Positions 19,983-29,784 are shown, numbered from the stretch's first letter. The stretch: DNA of 64,000 nt from Spirochaetales bacterium Spiro_02 (GCA_001604275.1 LVBD01000038.1:17793-81792); one strand, 5' to 3'. The notes: generated from the letters alone by a model not told the origin. Numbers and translations: made by a program.

Positions 19983-21134
19983 ATGAAAAAAATGTTCTCT
20001 GTTATGATGCTGCTGCTGATTGCAACAGCCTTCGTATTCGCTTCCGGGGGGAAGGAAGCTCCAAGTCCTGCTGACGCGGCTCCCGTCGTAGAGCCGGAAC
20101 TGACCCACGAAGAATTGGTCGCCGCCGCCCAGAAAGAAGGAAAGGTCGTCGTCTATGCGACTTCCAGCCGGATCGCGAAAGCCGCCGAAGGCTTCACGAA
20201 GCAATACGGCATAGCCGTCGAACATGCCAATCTGAAGGACTTCGAGCTGATCGAGAAGATCACCAAGGAAGGAGAGGCTGGAGTGGTCGGCGCGGACTTC
20301 GTTCTTGCGCAGGATTCCGGCCGGCTCGTCGGGGAACTGATGGCTCCCGGATATCTGTACAACTATGTTCCTCCGACGCTCAAGGACGTCATCCCCGCCG
20401 ACATGCAGAACCCGTTGCAAGTCTTCGCGATCAACAAGGTGTTCATCTATAACGATGAATATGTATCCGAGAGCCCGTACACGAACATCTGGCAGTTCGC
20501 CGATCCGAAGTACAAGAGTACGCTTCAGTTCAAGAACCCGTTCCAGGAAAGCGTCAACGCCAACTTCCTGACTATGTGCACATCCCCACAGTGGGCTGAG
20601 AAGATCGCTCAGGCCTACGAGGACTACTATGGCAAGCCGATCGAGCTGACCACCCCCAACGCCGGATACGAATGGATCAAGGCGATCTATCAGAACGACC
20701 TGATCTCCGGTACCAGCGACACATCCATCGCGGAGAACGTCGGGATCAAGGGCCAGTCGAAGGGCAATACCCCCGTCGGGCTGTTCGTATACTCGAAGGT
20801 CCGGTATTCCACGACGAAGAATCTCGCACTGAAGGCTTCGATGGACATGAACCCGTTCAGCGGCTTCTATTACAGCCTGTATGCGCTGATGTGCAAGAAC
20901 GCCGCGCATCCGAATGCTGCCAAGCTGTTCATCGAGTATCTCTTCTCTGCGGAAGGCTTCGCACCATGGGGAGCCGACTGCGGCACCTATTCCGCGAACC
21001 CGGCGAATCCCGTGCAGGAGGACATCGACTTCCCGTTCGATGTCTGGAAGCCTCGGTTGGTCGCCGAAAACGGAGACTACTGTTTCGAGCATCGTGCGGA
21101 AGTCGAAGAGTTCCTGAATCAGTACATCTACTAG
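19983..21134 (+). CDS. ABC transporter substrate-binding protein (family-1 solute-binding protein; iron(III)/thiamine/phosphonate-type architecture)
   Basis: MKKMFSVMMLLLIATAFVFASGG signal peptide after the RBS AAGGAGAG. It is followed by a fused double permease and a MalK/PotA-like ATPase. Confidence 0.82.
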   Translation: MKKMFSVMMLLLIATAFVFASGGKEAPSPADAAPVVEPELTHEELVAAAQKEGKVVVYATSSRIAKAAEGFTKQYGIAVEHANLKDFELIEKITKEGEAGVVGADFVLAQDSGRLVGELMAPGYLYNYVPPTLKDVIPADMQNPLQVFAINKVFIYNDEYVSESPYTNIWQFADPKYKSTLQFKNPFQESVNANFLTMCTSPQWAEKIAQAYEDYYGKPIELTTPNAGYEWIKAIYQNDLISGTSDTSIAENVGIKGQSKGNTPVGLFVYSKVRYSTTKNLALKASMDMNPFSGFYYSLYALMCKNAAHPNAAKLFIEYLFSAEGFAPWGADCGTYSANPANPVQEDIDFPFDVWKPRLVAENGDYCFEHRAEVEEFLNQYIY

Positions 21135-21223
21135 TAGATGTGTCGCGCACGTATCATGGCCGCCAGGCGGATGTCCGTTCCGCCTTGCGGCGCTTCCGCA
21201 TTATTGCGAGGTACCACCTGTAA

Positions 21224-23032
21224 ATGAATGCCAAGACACGAATCAATAATCTCAAGTCCTATGTGAAAAAACCGTACAACATCATCCTGCTCGTGCTGTT
21301 GGTCGTTCTCGCCTATCTGACGCTGTTGCCGTTGGTCACCATCTTCATGGATACCTTCACGGTGCATGCTTCCGAGGTGCGGATGGTCAAAGGTAGCGTG
21401 AAGGGCGATCTGACGCTCTACCACTGGAAGAAAATGTTCGCCAGCGGGGTGACCAGCCAGAAGACATTCTATGAGCCGTTCGCCAACACGATGCTCGTCG
21501 CGTTCCTCAGCTGTTTGCTCGCGATCATCATCGGAGGGTTCTTCGCTTGGGTTGTGACTCGGACGAATATCAAATACAAGGGGTTCATCTCCACGGTATT
21601 CGTCTTCCCCTATATCATGCCGTCGTGGACGCTCGCCATGGCCTGGCTGAACTTCTTCAGAAATTCACGCATCGGCGGCGCACCCGGTATCTTCACTGTC
21701 CTCACCGGCATACCGACCCCCGACTGGTTCGCATACGGGATGTTCCCCATCATCATGGTGCAGGGGATGCACTATGCGCCGTTCGCATACATTTTGATCG
21801 GCGGCATCCTTCGGAACATGGATGCGAACCTCGAGGAGGCGGCGCAACTGCTCCATGCAAGCAGGTTCCGCATCATGACGAAGATCACGTTGCCGATCGT
21901 CAGACCCGCGTTGCTTTCGACGTTCCTGCTGGTGTTCTCCAGTACGATGAGCGCATTCGCCGTTCCTGCGTTTCTCGGCACTCCGGTCAGATTCAACGTG
22001 CTGACGACGCAGATGTATCGTACGCTCAATGGAATGAATCCCGGTTACGGATATATCATGGCTCTGGTGATGATCATCATCGGCGTCAGCATCCTGATGC
22101 TGAACCAATGGGTGACCGGCAGGAGAAAGGCCTACACCACGATCACCGGAAAAAGCTCAAACATTTCGCTGGTGAATCTCCGGCGCATGAGAAACCCGCT
22201 GTCGGTGTTGCTGATCATCATCCTGCTGCTGGTCGCGATCCTTCCGCTGGTGTCCTTCGCCGTCGAATCGTTCATCCTTGCGCCGGGAGACTATTCCCTG
22301 AGCAATTTCACCACGGAGTTCTGGATCGGGGAGGGCCGGCCTGATATCGCCAACAGCGAGCCTGGAATCCTGCGCAACAAGTCGATCTATCTGGGGCTCT
22401 GGAACAGCCTCCGGCTATCGGTGCTGGTGTCGTTGATCGCCGGAACCGTCGGCATTCTCGCCGGATACTCGATCGCCAAGCGGCGCGGTTCGCATCTGGC
22501 GACCGCGGTGAACAACCTGACGTTCTTTCCGTATCTGATGCCGTCGATGGCGTTCGGCGCGATCTATCTGTCGATGTTCGCGGTGCGTCGGGGATTCATT
22601 CCCGCGCTGTACGGTTCGTTCGCCCTGCTGGTCATCGTGGGCGCAGTAAAGTATCTGCCGTTCGCATCCCGTTCCGGGATCAACGCGATGCTCCAGCTTT
22701 CCGGCGAGATCGAGGAGGCTGGGACGATTCTCGGAATCAGCTGGTGGAAGCGGATGATACGGATCATCATCCCGATCCAGAAGACGACCTTCATCTCCGG
22801 TTACCTGCTTCCGTTCATCTCGTGCATGCGGGAACTGTCCCTGTTCATCCTGCTTGTTTCTCCGTCGACCAGAATCCTGACGACGCTGTTGTTCCAATAC
22901 AACGAGAAGGGCTGGAATCAGTATGCCAACGCGATCAACCTGCTGATCGTCGTGATCGTCGTCGGATTCAATCTCCTGGTGAACAAGGTTACCGGAGCCT
23001 CCATCGACAAGGGAATCGGCGGAAACGCCTGA
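21224..23032 (+). CDS. ABC transporter permease, duplicated (two BPD_transp_1 domains)
   Basis: 602 aa and about 12 TM segments, with two EAA-loop-like regions (LEEAAQLLHASRFRI and IEEAGTILGISWWKR). Confidence 0.88.
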   Translation: MNAKTRINNLKSYVKKPYNIILLVLLVVLAYLTLLPLVTIFMDTFTVHASEVRMVKGSVKGDLTLYHWKKMFASGVTSQKTFYEPFANTMLVAFLSCLLAIIIGGFFAWVVTRTNIKYKGFISTVFVFPYIMPSWTLAMAWLNFFRNSRIGGAPGIFTVLTGIPTPDWFAYGMFPIIMVQGMHYAPFAYILIGGILRNMDANLEEAAQLLHASRFRIMTKITLPIVRPALLSTFLLVFSSTMSAFAVPAFLGTPVRFNVLTTQMYRTLNGMNPGYGYIMALVMIIIGVSILMLNQWVTGRRKAYTTITGKSSNISLVNLRRMRNPLSVLLIIILLLVAILPLVSFAVESFILAPGDYSLSNFTTEFWIGEGRPDIANSEPGILRNKSIYLGLWNSLRLSVLVSLIAGTVGILAGYSIAKRRGSHLATAVNNLTFFPYLMPSMAFGAIYLSMFAVRRGFIPALYGSFALLVIVGAVKYLPFASRSGINAMLQLSGEIEEAGTILGISWWKRMIRIIIPIQKTTFISGYLLPFISCMRELSLFILLVSPSTRILTTLLFQYNEKGWNQYANAINLLIVVIVVGFNLLVNKVTGASIDKGIGGNA

Positions 23033-23090
23033 CGGGCGCCGCGCCGCGATGCGGCCGACGCAAAACGCCAATGATAAGGAATGGGATAAG

Positions 23091-24221
23091 ATGCCTGAAA
23101 TTGTATTGAAACATATCACGAAGCGGTTCGGTAAATTCGTGGCGGTGGACGATCTGAACATGGTGATCGACGACCGCGCGTTCGTGACGTTGCTCGGACC
23201 ATCCGGGTGCGGAAAAACGACGACGTTGCGGATGATCGCCGGGTTGGAGACTCCGACGGAAGGGGAGATAACCATCAACGGAAAGGTCGTGTATTCGTCG
23301 GTAGAGGGGATCGATGTCCCTTCCTCCAAGCGTGACGTAGGATTCCTCTTCCAGAACTACGCCCTTTGGCCCCACATGACCGTGTACAAGAACATCTCGT
23401 TCGGCTTGGAGAACCTGAAATGGAGCAAGACCGATATAGACGAGAAAGTGAAGGAACTGCTGAGGATGCTGAAGATCGAGGAATTCGCAGGACGTTATCC
23501 TGCGGAGTTGTCCGGCGGACAGCAGCAGCGGGTGGCGATCGCCAGGACGCTGGCCACCGGGCCGAAGGTGCTGTTCATGGACGAACCGTTGTCCAACCTC
23601 GACGCGAAGCTGCGGATGGAGATGCGCACCGAACTCAAACGCCTGCATCGTGAAACTGATTCGACGTTCGTCTACGTCACCCATGACCAGCTCGAGGCAA
23701 TGACACTGTCGACAAAAGTCTGTCTGATGAAAAACGGACTGCTTCAGCAGTACGATCCTCCACTTGAGGTCTATCGTCGGCCTGCGAACACGTTCGTCGC
23801 TGATTTCGTCGGTTCTCCGAACATCAATCTCGTTCCGTGCGCCGGTTCTCACACAGATGATGGCTGCGTCGACCTGCGTTGCGAGGGAGGTCTGTCTCTA
23901 CGGTTCAAGCCCTCATCGGCATTCGATTTCTCCGATGGGGCGAACTTCATCCTTGGATTGCGGCCGGAACATATCGAGATCGGCAGGGCTGATGCCATGG
24001 TTGAAGGGCAGATATTGTCCAGCCTGCCTTCGGGCATGGAGACGATCGTCATCGCAGGGCTGTCCGGATTGCATCTGAATTCCGTCATGTTCGGGGATCT
24101 CGACTTCCCCGTAGGCTCGAAGATCGGAATCGGTTTCGGATCGGGGATTTTCAACTTGTTCGATGCGGCGACGACCGGAAATCTCTGTCAAGGAAAGATC
24201 CTGGCGGTGTCGGGCGTGTGA
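23091..24221 (+). CDS. ABC transporter ATP-binding protein (MalK/PotA-like with C-terminal TOBE-type domain)
   Basis: Walker A GPSGCGKTT, signature LSGGQQQR, Walker B LFMDEP. The ORF is trimmed to the ATG at 23091. Confidence 0.9.
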   Translation: MPEIVLKHITKRFGKFVAVDDLNMVIDDRAFVTLLGPSGCGKTTTLRMIAGLETPTEGEITINGKVVYSSVEGIDVPSSKRDVGFLFQNYALWPHMTVYKNISFGLENLKWSKTDIDEKVKELLRMLKIEEFAGRYPAELSGGQQQRVAIARTLATGPKVLFMDEPLSNLDAKLRMEMRTELKRLHRETDSTFVYVTHDQLEAMTLSTKVCLMKNGLLQQYDPPLEVYRRPANTFVADFVGSPNINLVPCAGSHTDDGCVDLRCEGGLSLRFKPSSAFDFSDGANFILGLRPEHIEIGRADAMVEGQILSSLPSGMETIVIAGLSGLHLNSVMFGDLDFPVGSKIGIGFGSGIFNLFDAATTGNLCQGKILAVSGV

Positions 24222-24228
24222 CCCAGGT

Positions 24229-24264
24229 CCGGTTCCGGGGGCGATATCCCGTTCTCGGAACCGG
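24229..24264 (+). terminator. Stem-loop directly after the ABC ATPase stop (no T-tract)
   Basis: CCGGTTCCG (24229-24237) pairs perfectly with CGGAACCGG (24256-24264). No U-run follows. Confidence 0.3.
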
Positions 24265-24309
24265 AAAGCTTCATCAGGCATGAATATCCTCGGAGTTCTG
24301 CACTGAGCC

Positions 24310-24361
24310 AAAAAAAACACCTGAACATCATCTGTCGGCAGATACTGCCGACGGGATGTTC
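24310..24361 (-). terminator. Intrinsic terminator candidate for the acidic-protein gene
   Basis: Long hairpin GAACATC-ATC-TGTCGGCAG/CTGCCGAC-GG-GATGTTC (24323-24361). On the minus strand it is followed, after AGGTG, by an 8-nt T-run (the A-run 24310-24317 on the plus strand). Confidence 0.5.
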
Positions 24362-24421
24362 CGCGGTGGTTTCTCGTATGTCGGCGCAGGGACAGGGACT
24401 GCGTATGACGCTTTTCGGATC

Positions 24422-24697
24422 CTAGAAATCGTCCTCGCTGAACGCATCGTCTTCGTCATCGAAGAAATCGTCCTCTTCCTCTTCGATCTCAGCCGTATCC
24501 TCTTCATTGTCGATGAAGAAGCTGTCGCTGAGCAGATCGTCGTCGTCCTCTTCGTCGATCACCTCGTCGTCATCGTCGAAGTCGCCCACGTTCGGTGCGT
24601 CGTAATCGTCTTCAAAACTGATATCCTCGTCATCGTCCGCATCATCGAAGTAGCGATCCTCTTCTTCATCCAGCTCGTCGTCGTTGAAGTATTTCAT
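24422..24697 (-). CDS. Hyper-acidic small protein (91 aa, function unknown)
   Basis: 52 of 91 residues are D/E and only 2 are basic, with 13 F/Y interspersed. An RBS-like AAAGGGGA lies 7 nt upstream of the ATG, and the gene has its own downstream hairpin plus T-run. Confidence 0.55.
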   Translation of the reverse strand: MKYFNDDELDEEEDRYFDDADDDEDISFEDDYDAPNVGDFDDDDEVIDEEDDDDLLSDSFFIDNEEDTAEIEEEEDDFFDDEDDAFSEDDF

Positions 24698-24839
24698 AGA
24701 ACCATCCCCTTTCAGGCGTCGTCGCCGTCAACCTATGATTTTGTTTCAAACATACGGTAAGCCCCTGCGTCTGTCAATCTTGTTTTCGTCCCTTTGTCGC
24801 GAAAGCATATGAACTGGACAGTGAAGACGTTCTGTTGCT

Positions 24840-25883
24840 ATGATGAAGAATATGAAAAGTCGATCGTGTCCATTCCGGCTCGCCGTACCGATGGGGGATC
24901 CCGCGGGAATCGGTCCCGAGGTCGTTCTCAAGTCGCTGTCTTCCGATTCGCTCGAGGCCGATGTCTGCATCGTATTCATCGCCGACGCGCGCTTGCTTGT
25001 CCATACCTCCGTCGATTGCGGTGTTCCGTTGCGTTTCGACCGGACCGCTCGGTCCGAGGAAGAACTGAAGGATGCCTTGCGCGACGGGGCAAAGCGAATC
25101 AATTTCGACCTTCCCTGCGTCGATCTGGATCGGTTCTCATACGGGAAGATAGACGCCATGTGCGGCCTTGCCGCCTACCGGTGCGTCGAGAAGGCCACTG
25201 AACTTGCCATGTCCGGCATTTGCGACGCGATCGTGACTCCTCCGTTGCACAAAGAGGCGCTCAAGGCGGCGGGGATAGCCCATGTCGGGTATACGGAAAT
25301 TCTCGGGACATTATCAGGAAGCGAGAATCCTGTCACGATGTTCGATACCTTGGGCATGAAGATTTTCTTCCATACCCGCCATCTGTCGTTGCGCCAGGCG
25401 TGCGATGCGGTAACCAAGGAATCGTTGCTGGACTCCATCATCGTGTGCGATGCGATCAGCAGCAATCCCCCGGGCTTCAACGTCGGGCTGCCGCTGGCCG
25501 TAGCAGGCTTGAACCCGCACTGCGGCGAACATGGACTGTTCGGCGACGAGGAGCTGACGGCTGTCGAGCCCGCCGTCGGAATGGCTCGGAAACTCGGCAT
25601 CGATGTGGTCGGGCCCATCGGAGCCGATTCGGTTTTCCATCAGGCGAAGACCGGCAGGTTCCGCGCTGTTCTTTCGCTCTATCATGACCAGGGGCATATC
25701 GCCGCCAAGACGCTGGACTTCGAACGGACCGTATCGGTGACATGGAAATTGCCGTTCCTCCGGACATCGGTGGACCATGGTACCGCGTTCGATATCGCAG
25801 GAAAAGGTGTGGCATCTCCGATCAGTATGATCGAGGCGATGAACGTCGCAAAAAGGTATCTGTCCGCCGGTGTGCGGCTATAG
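24840..25883 (+). CDS. pdxA: 4-hydroxythreonine-4-phosphate dehydrogenase family protein (PdxA/PdxA2)
   Basis: Has GDPAGIGPEV, GLNPHCGEHGLFG and LYHDQGHI motifs. Confidence 0.85.
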   Translation: MMKNMKSRSCPFRLAVPMGDPAGIGPEVVLKSLSSDSLEADVCIVFIADARLLVHTSVDCGVPLRFDRTARSEEELKDALRDGAKRINFDLPCVDLDRFSYGKIDAMCGLAAYRCVEKATELAMSGICDAIVTPPLHKEALKAAGIAHVGYTEILGTLSGSENPVTMFDTLGMKIFFHTRHLSLRQACDAVTKESLLDSIIVCDAISSNPPGFNVGLPLAVAGLNPHCGEHGLFGDEELTAVEPAVGMARKLGIDVVGPIGADSVFHQAKTGRFRAVLSLYHDQGHIAAKTLDFERTVSVTWKLPFLRTSVDHGTAFDIAGKGVASPISMIEAMNVAKRYLSAGVRL

Positions 25884-25896
25884 GAGGAGTTCTGAG

Positions 25897-27063
25897 ATGT
25901 CGAATATGAAACGGAAACCGCACGTGGTGCTCATGTCCTTGCTTGTTCTGGCCATTGTCGCCGTCGTCTCACTTTCGTCCTGTGCGTCGTATGTGCGGAT
26001 CGATAGCCTTGTCCCCGCGGAAATCGACCTCGGGGCGTATCGCAACCTGGCCGTATCATCGACGAAAAGTTTTTCGTTCAATGCGTTCAGCCGTCCCTCT
26101 CCATGGGTGAGAAGCATGGGTGCCGGCAATATTTCCGTTGCAAGCGGCATTTCCCGGAACCTCGAGACGCAGGTCGCTTCCTTCTCGACCGATCGGCTGA
26201 TGGACACGTTGCAGCGGACCGGTTTCTTCAGCTTGATCCCTCCGGCGGTGACCGATGCATATCTCGCCGGCGCGAGCGCCGGCGTGGACGCTTTCGCATT
26301 GCTGCGGCAATCCGGCGCCACCGCCTTGCTCAACAGCGCCGTCAACTACATGGATTGCGACGAATACGTCTATAGCAAGGCTCGGACGAAATGGATTCCG
26401 GAAGGGCAGAGCACCGACACGGAGGGAAATATCGTGTTCGTGCCCGGGCATGAAGTGATCGAAGGCTACGATTACTATTTGGTTCAGACGGCGACCGTCA
26501 CGTTCTCCTATTCGATCGTGGATCTGCAAACCGGAATGGTCATCGCCGCAAGGAGTTTTTCCGACAAGCAGACCCACGAGGTCAAGCTAGGAGGTTCCAG
26601 CGGATTCGCCCCCACCATCACGCCACTTTTCACGAACATGATATCGGCGTTCCAGGATTCGATCCGTTCTCAGGTCGCCCCCAGCGTCGTATCGAGAAAT
26701 ATTTCGCTGATGGGCAACAAGCCGAAGAATGCGTTCGCCAAGGAAGCGTACAAGGAGGTCGATCGCGGCAACATCCGTTCCGCCTACACGATGTTCCTCT
26801 CCCAATGGCAGGAAGTCCGTCATGTTCCGTCGGGATATAACGCTGCGCTGCTCCTGGAATCGTCGGGGGACAACGATGGTGCGATCGCACTGATGGAAGG
26901 GGTATATGCTGCCAGCGGGAACTCCCAGGTTTGGAAGGAATTGGAGCGCATGCGGCTGAGCCGTGACGAGCGTCGTCAGGCGGAATCCCAGCTCGGCATG
27001 TCGACATCCACGCAGGAAGGGGACGGAAGCGTCACGATTACCCGGACGGTATCGGGCGAGTGA
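25897..27063 (+). CDS. Hypothetical lipoprotein
   Basis: RBS AGGAGG, signal peptide and lipobox LSSC (..VVSLSSCASY). No recognisable catalytic motif. The C-terminus is helical/TPR-like. Confidence 0.6.
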   Translation: MSNMKRKPHVVLMSLLVLAIVAVVSLSSCASYVRIDSLVPAEIDLGAYRNLAVSSTKSFSFNAFSRPSPWVRSMGAGNISVASGISRNLETQVASFSTDRLMDTLQRTGFFSLIPPAVTDAYLAGASAGVDAFALLRQSGATALLNSAVNYMDCDEYVYSKARTKWIPEGQSTDTEGNIVFVPGHEVIEGYDYYLVQTATVTFSYSIVDLQTGMVIAARSFSDKQTHEVKLGGSSGFAPTITPLFTNMISAFQDSIRSQVAPSVVSRNISLMGNKPKNAFAKEAYKEVDRGNIRSAYTMFLSQWQEVRHVPSGYNAALLLESSGDNDGAIALMEGVYAASGNSQVWKELERMRLSRDERRQAESQLGMSTSTQEGDGSVTITRTVSGE

Positions 27064-27179
27064 ATATACTGCAAATGGAAGAACGGGATGCTCCGGACCT
27101 TTTTCGCGGAAAAAACGAGAGGCTGCCGGAGCATTCGTCGTCATTGGATATGACAGTTCGGTCGTTGATGGAGGTCTCG

Positions 27180-27728
27180 ATGAAAGGAACCGGCGAGCCA
27201 TTGCTTATGGTATATACGGGAAACGGAAAAGGAAAGACAAGTGCGGCGATGGGGCAGATGATGCGGGCCCTCGGTCATGGGGGAAAGTGCGCGGTCGCCC
27301 AGTTCATCAAAGGGGATCCTGAAAAACTGGATCTCGGAGAATGGCGTTGCGCTACGCAGACGCTGGGCGTGACATGGAGGAACTTCGGCGTCGGATTCAC
27401 CTGGGCGCAGGACAGTCTCGAGCCGACCGCCGCGGAATGTAGGAAAGGCTGGGAGCAGGTCAAACGCTGGATTTCGACCGGCGTCTTCGACATGATCATT
27501 CTCGATGAATTCACCTATGCCCTGTCGATGGGGCTGGTCGACCCCGATGAAGTACTCATGTGGATCGCCGACCACAAGGGTAAATCCGGGTTCCCACATC
27601 TGGTCATTACCGGAAGAAACGCTCCCGAGCGGCTGGTGAAGCTGGCCGACATGGTCAGTGAGGTCGTGGAAGTGAAGCACCATATGACCGTGCAGGGCAA
27701 AAAAGCGGCCCCGATGGTCGAATTCTAG
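27180..27728 (+). CDS. cobO: Cob(I)yrinic acid a,c-diamide adenosyltransferase (CobO/BtuR type)
   Basis: Has TGNGKGKTSAAMG and ILDEFTYAL. The start was chosen at 27180 (GGAGG 5 nt upstream). In-frame ATGs at 27150 and 27168 are also possible. Confidence 0.78.
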   Translation: MKGTGEPLLMVYTGNGKGKTSAAMGQMMRALGHGGKCAVAQFIKGDPEKLDLGEWRCATQTLGVTWRNFGVGFTWAQDSLEPTAAECRKGWEQVKRWISTGVFDMIILDEFTYALSMGLVDPDEVLMWIADHKGKSGFPHLVITGRNAPERLVKLADMVSEVVEVKHHMTVQGKKAAPMVEF

Positions 27729-27777
27729 CCATCAAATGCAAACGAATGCCTGAAATGCACTTTATCGATGATTTTTC

Positions 27778-27806
27778 TTTACCTTTTTTGCGTAACTGGG
27801 CATAAT
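27778..27806 (+). promoter_or_regulatory. Promoter candidate for the PHP phosphatase gene
   Basis: TTTACC, N17, CATAAT. Confidence 0.35.
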
Positions 27807-27829
27807 TAAACTGGAGTTACTTGAAGAAT

Positions 27830-28465
27830 ATGGGCTTGATCGATTTCCATTGCCATGTTTTGCCTGGTGTGGACGACGGAGTGAAGGACCTGGAAGCATC
27901 GAAGGTGCAGTTCGCGGCGTATCGTGAGGCAGGGTTCGACAGAGTGGTATTCACACCCCACGTCTACAATCCGTATGTGCGGTCCAGGATCGATTTGTTT
28001 CGGGAGCGAGCCGCAGTTGCCTCCGCCACAGCGAAGGACTATGGGCTGGAAACTTGGCTCGGTTGCGAGCTGTTCGTCGGATCCCAACCGGAACTCAAGG
28101 CGATTCCCATCATGGGAAAGTTCGCCCTGTGCGAGTTCGATCGTTTCCTGCAGCCTCAGATGTTGCTGGAACGGTTGCAACGGCTTTCCGACAAAGGGTT
28201 CACCATCGTGCTCGCCCATGTCGAGCGGTTCCTTTGGTTCTCGCCGGACTGCGAACTGGTCGCCCCGTTGCGGGCCATGGGCGCTTTGTTCCAGGTGAAC
28301 GTGGAAGGGGTCGAATCCGGGGCTGCCGTTCCATGGCTGGAGCGCCGGCTCGCCGACCTGATCGCGACCGACAATCATGGCGACGCGTCGTTGCCTGGCC
28401 GGTTGCGGGAGCAGGTAGGCAACTGGCCGTACTTGCTCAAGCGGATGGAGTGTCTGCATCCGTAG
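27830..28465 (+). CDS. PHP-domain protein-tyrosine phosphatase (CpsB/YwqE family)
   Basis: N-terminal IDFHCHVLPGVDDG metal-binding motif. Later blocks are TPH, VLAHVERF and ATDNHG. The start could instead be the TTG at 27821. Confidence 0.75.
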   Translation: MGLIDFHCHVLPGVDDGVKDLEASKVQFAAYREAGFDRVVFTPHVYNPYVRSRIDLFRERAAVASATAKDYGLETWLGCELFVGSQPELKAIPIMGKFALCEFDRFLQPQMLLERLQRLSDKGFTIVLAHVERFLWFSPDCELVAPLRAMGALFQVNVEGVESGAAVPWLERRLADLIATDNHGDASLPGRLREQVGNWPYLLKRMECLHP

Positions 28466-28480
28466 CGTTTTGTGTTTGAC

Positions 28481-28502
28481 ATCCCTTGGAAAGGGATTTT
28501 TT
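28481..28502 (+). terminator. Rho-independent terminator after the PHP phosphatase gene
   Basis: ATCCCT-TGGAA-AGGGAT hairpin followed by TTTTTT. Confidence 0.72.
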
Positions 28503-28544
28503 CAGTCGACGGGACGCCGTTCCGTTGTGAGAGGGAGGTAGCGT

Positions 28545-29783
28545 ATGCTGCTGGATATGACCATTGCGAACTTCAGGTCCGTGAAATCACCCCAGACGAT
28601 TTCGTTCGAAGCGGTGAGGGACAACAGGCTGCCTGAATCAAAAGTGGTGAAGGTCAACGATAAGCTGAAACTGATCAAGACTGCCGCGATCATCGGACCC
28701 AACGGGGCCGGTAAGAGCACCTTCGTCAGGGCACTGGAAGCCTTGCGAGCCATCATCGTCGCAGATCCTGAAATGGAAAATCCCTTGCAGTTGCTTACCG
28801 GTACGTCTTTCGCCTATGCCGAGACCAAGGGAGGGCCAGCCACCATGGTCATCCAGGTCCTGCTCGATCGAGGGGACGCCGAGCGCGATTCCGTGGTGGG
28901 ACGATATACGCTCGTCGCGGACCGGGACAAGATCTTCGAAGAATCCCTGTACCATATCGTCGGGCGATCGAAGAAACTGATGTTCGAGCGGAAGTTGGTG
29001 GAGGAAGAGGCTTCGGCGGAGGAAATCTCCTACCACTACCGTTGGGGAAAGCTCTACAGGGGCGAGAAGAAACGGCTGGTCAACAAGATCAGCCCGAGGC
29101 ATACGTTCCTCGCCGCTTCGGCCAGGAAGGGCGGTGAAACGTCTTCTCCGATGTACCGGTGGTTCGATGAATCGCTGATGGTCCTTCCCATCGGTCTGTC
29201 GTCGATTTCCGAGAAGTACCTCGTCGATCAGCTCACCCTTCATCCCGATTGGGCAAAACAGCTGATCAACTTTCTGTGGAGTCTCGACATCACCGATATT
29301 CGGGACGTCCGTATCCAGAACGACAAGATCATTTTCATCCATACGAACGTGACGCAGCATTATGCGGCGTATTTCGCCACTGAATCGTTGAGCTTGAGAC
29401 GCCTTTCCTTGATGGGGATCGCGTTCTTCGAAAGTTTCATCGCTCCGAGGACGCTCGTCCTCGACGACTTCGGGCTACTGCTGCATCCTGACGTCCTGCG
29501 CCATGTCGTGGAGATTTTCGAGACATGCAATACCGGCTATGGTTCCCAGATGCTTGCCGTCGATTGCAATCCATCGTTGCTCCGCGACGGACTGATGCGT
29601 CGTGACGGCATCTGGTTCGCGCAGAAGGACAGCGAATCCGCGACGACCTACTACAGTCTGGCGGACTTCAAGTTCTCCAGGACCAAGGAACGGACGACGC
29701 AGTTGTATCTGAGCGGCGCGTACGGGGCATTGCCCATCACTTCTGAATTCTGCTTCGTCAGAGATGAGAACGAGGAGGCCTGA
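28545..29783 (+). CDS. AAA_21/ABC-like ATPase (AbiLi / AriA / PtuA-type sensor ATPase architecture)
   Basis: RBS GGGAGG. N-terminal IANFRSVK, Walker A GPNGAGKST (aa 51-59), Walker-B region LVLDDFGLLLHP (aa 304-315), C-terminal GIWFAQKD...YYSLADF. Confidence 0.78.
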   Translation: MLLDMTIANFRSVKSPQTISFEAVRDNRLPESKVVKVNDKLKLIKTAAIIGPNGAGKSTFVRALEALRAIIVADPEMENPLQLLTGTSFAYAETKGGPATMVIQVLLDRGDAERDSVVGRYTLVADRDKIFEESLYHIVGRSKKLMFERKLVEEEASAEEISYHYRWGKLYRGEKKRLVNKISPRHTFLAASARKGGETSSPMYRWFDESLMVLPIGLSSISEKYLVDQLTLHPDWAKQLINFLWSLDITDIRDVRIQNDKIIFIHTNVTQHYAAYFATESLSLRRLSLMGIAFFESFIAPRTLVLDDFGLLLHPDVLRHVVEIFETCNTGYGSQMLAVDCNPSLLRDGLMRRDGIWFAQKDSESATTYYSLADFKFSRTKERTTQLYLSGAYGALPITSEFCFVRDENEEA

Positions 29784-29784
29784 C

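Noticed and set aside
27060-27179. A longer cobO start overlapping the lipoprotein stop (27060).
   Set aside because: The first 40 codons have no counterpart in CobO/BtuR proteins. GGAGG precedes the ATG at 27180. The exact start remains uncertain.
28475-28503. TTGACA at 28475-28480 as the -35 of a promoter for the ATPase/RloB operon.
   Set aside because: No acceptable -10 hexamer lies 16-19 nt downstream, only the terminator T-run. The promoter of this unit is therefore unidentified.
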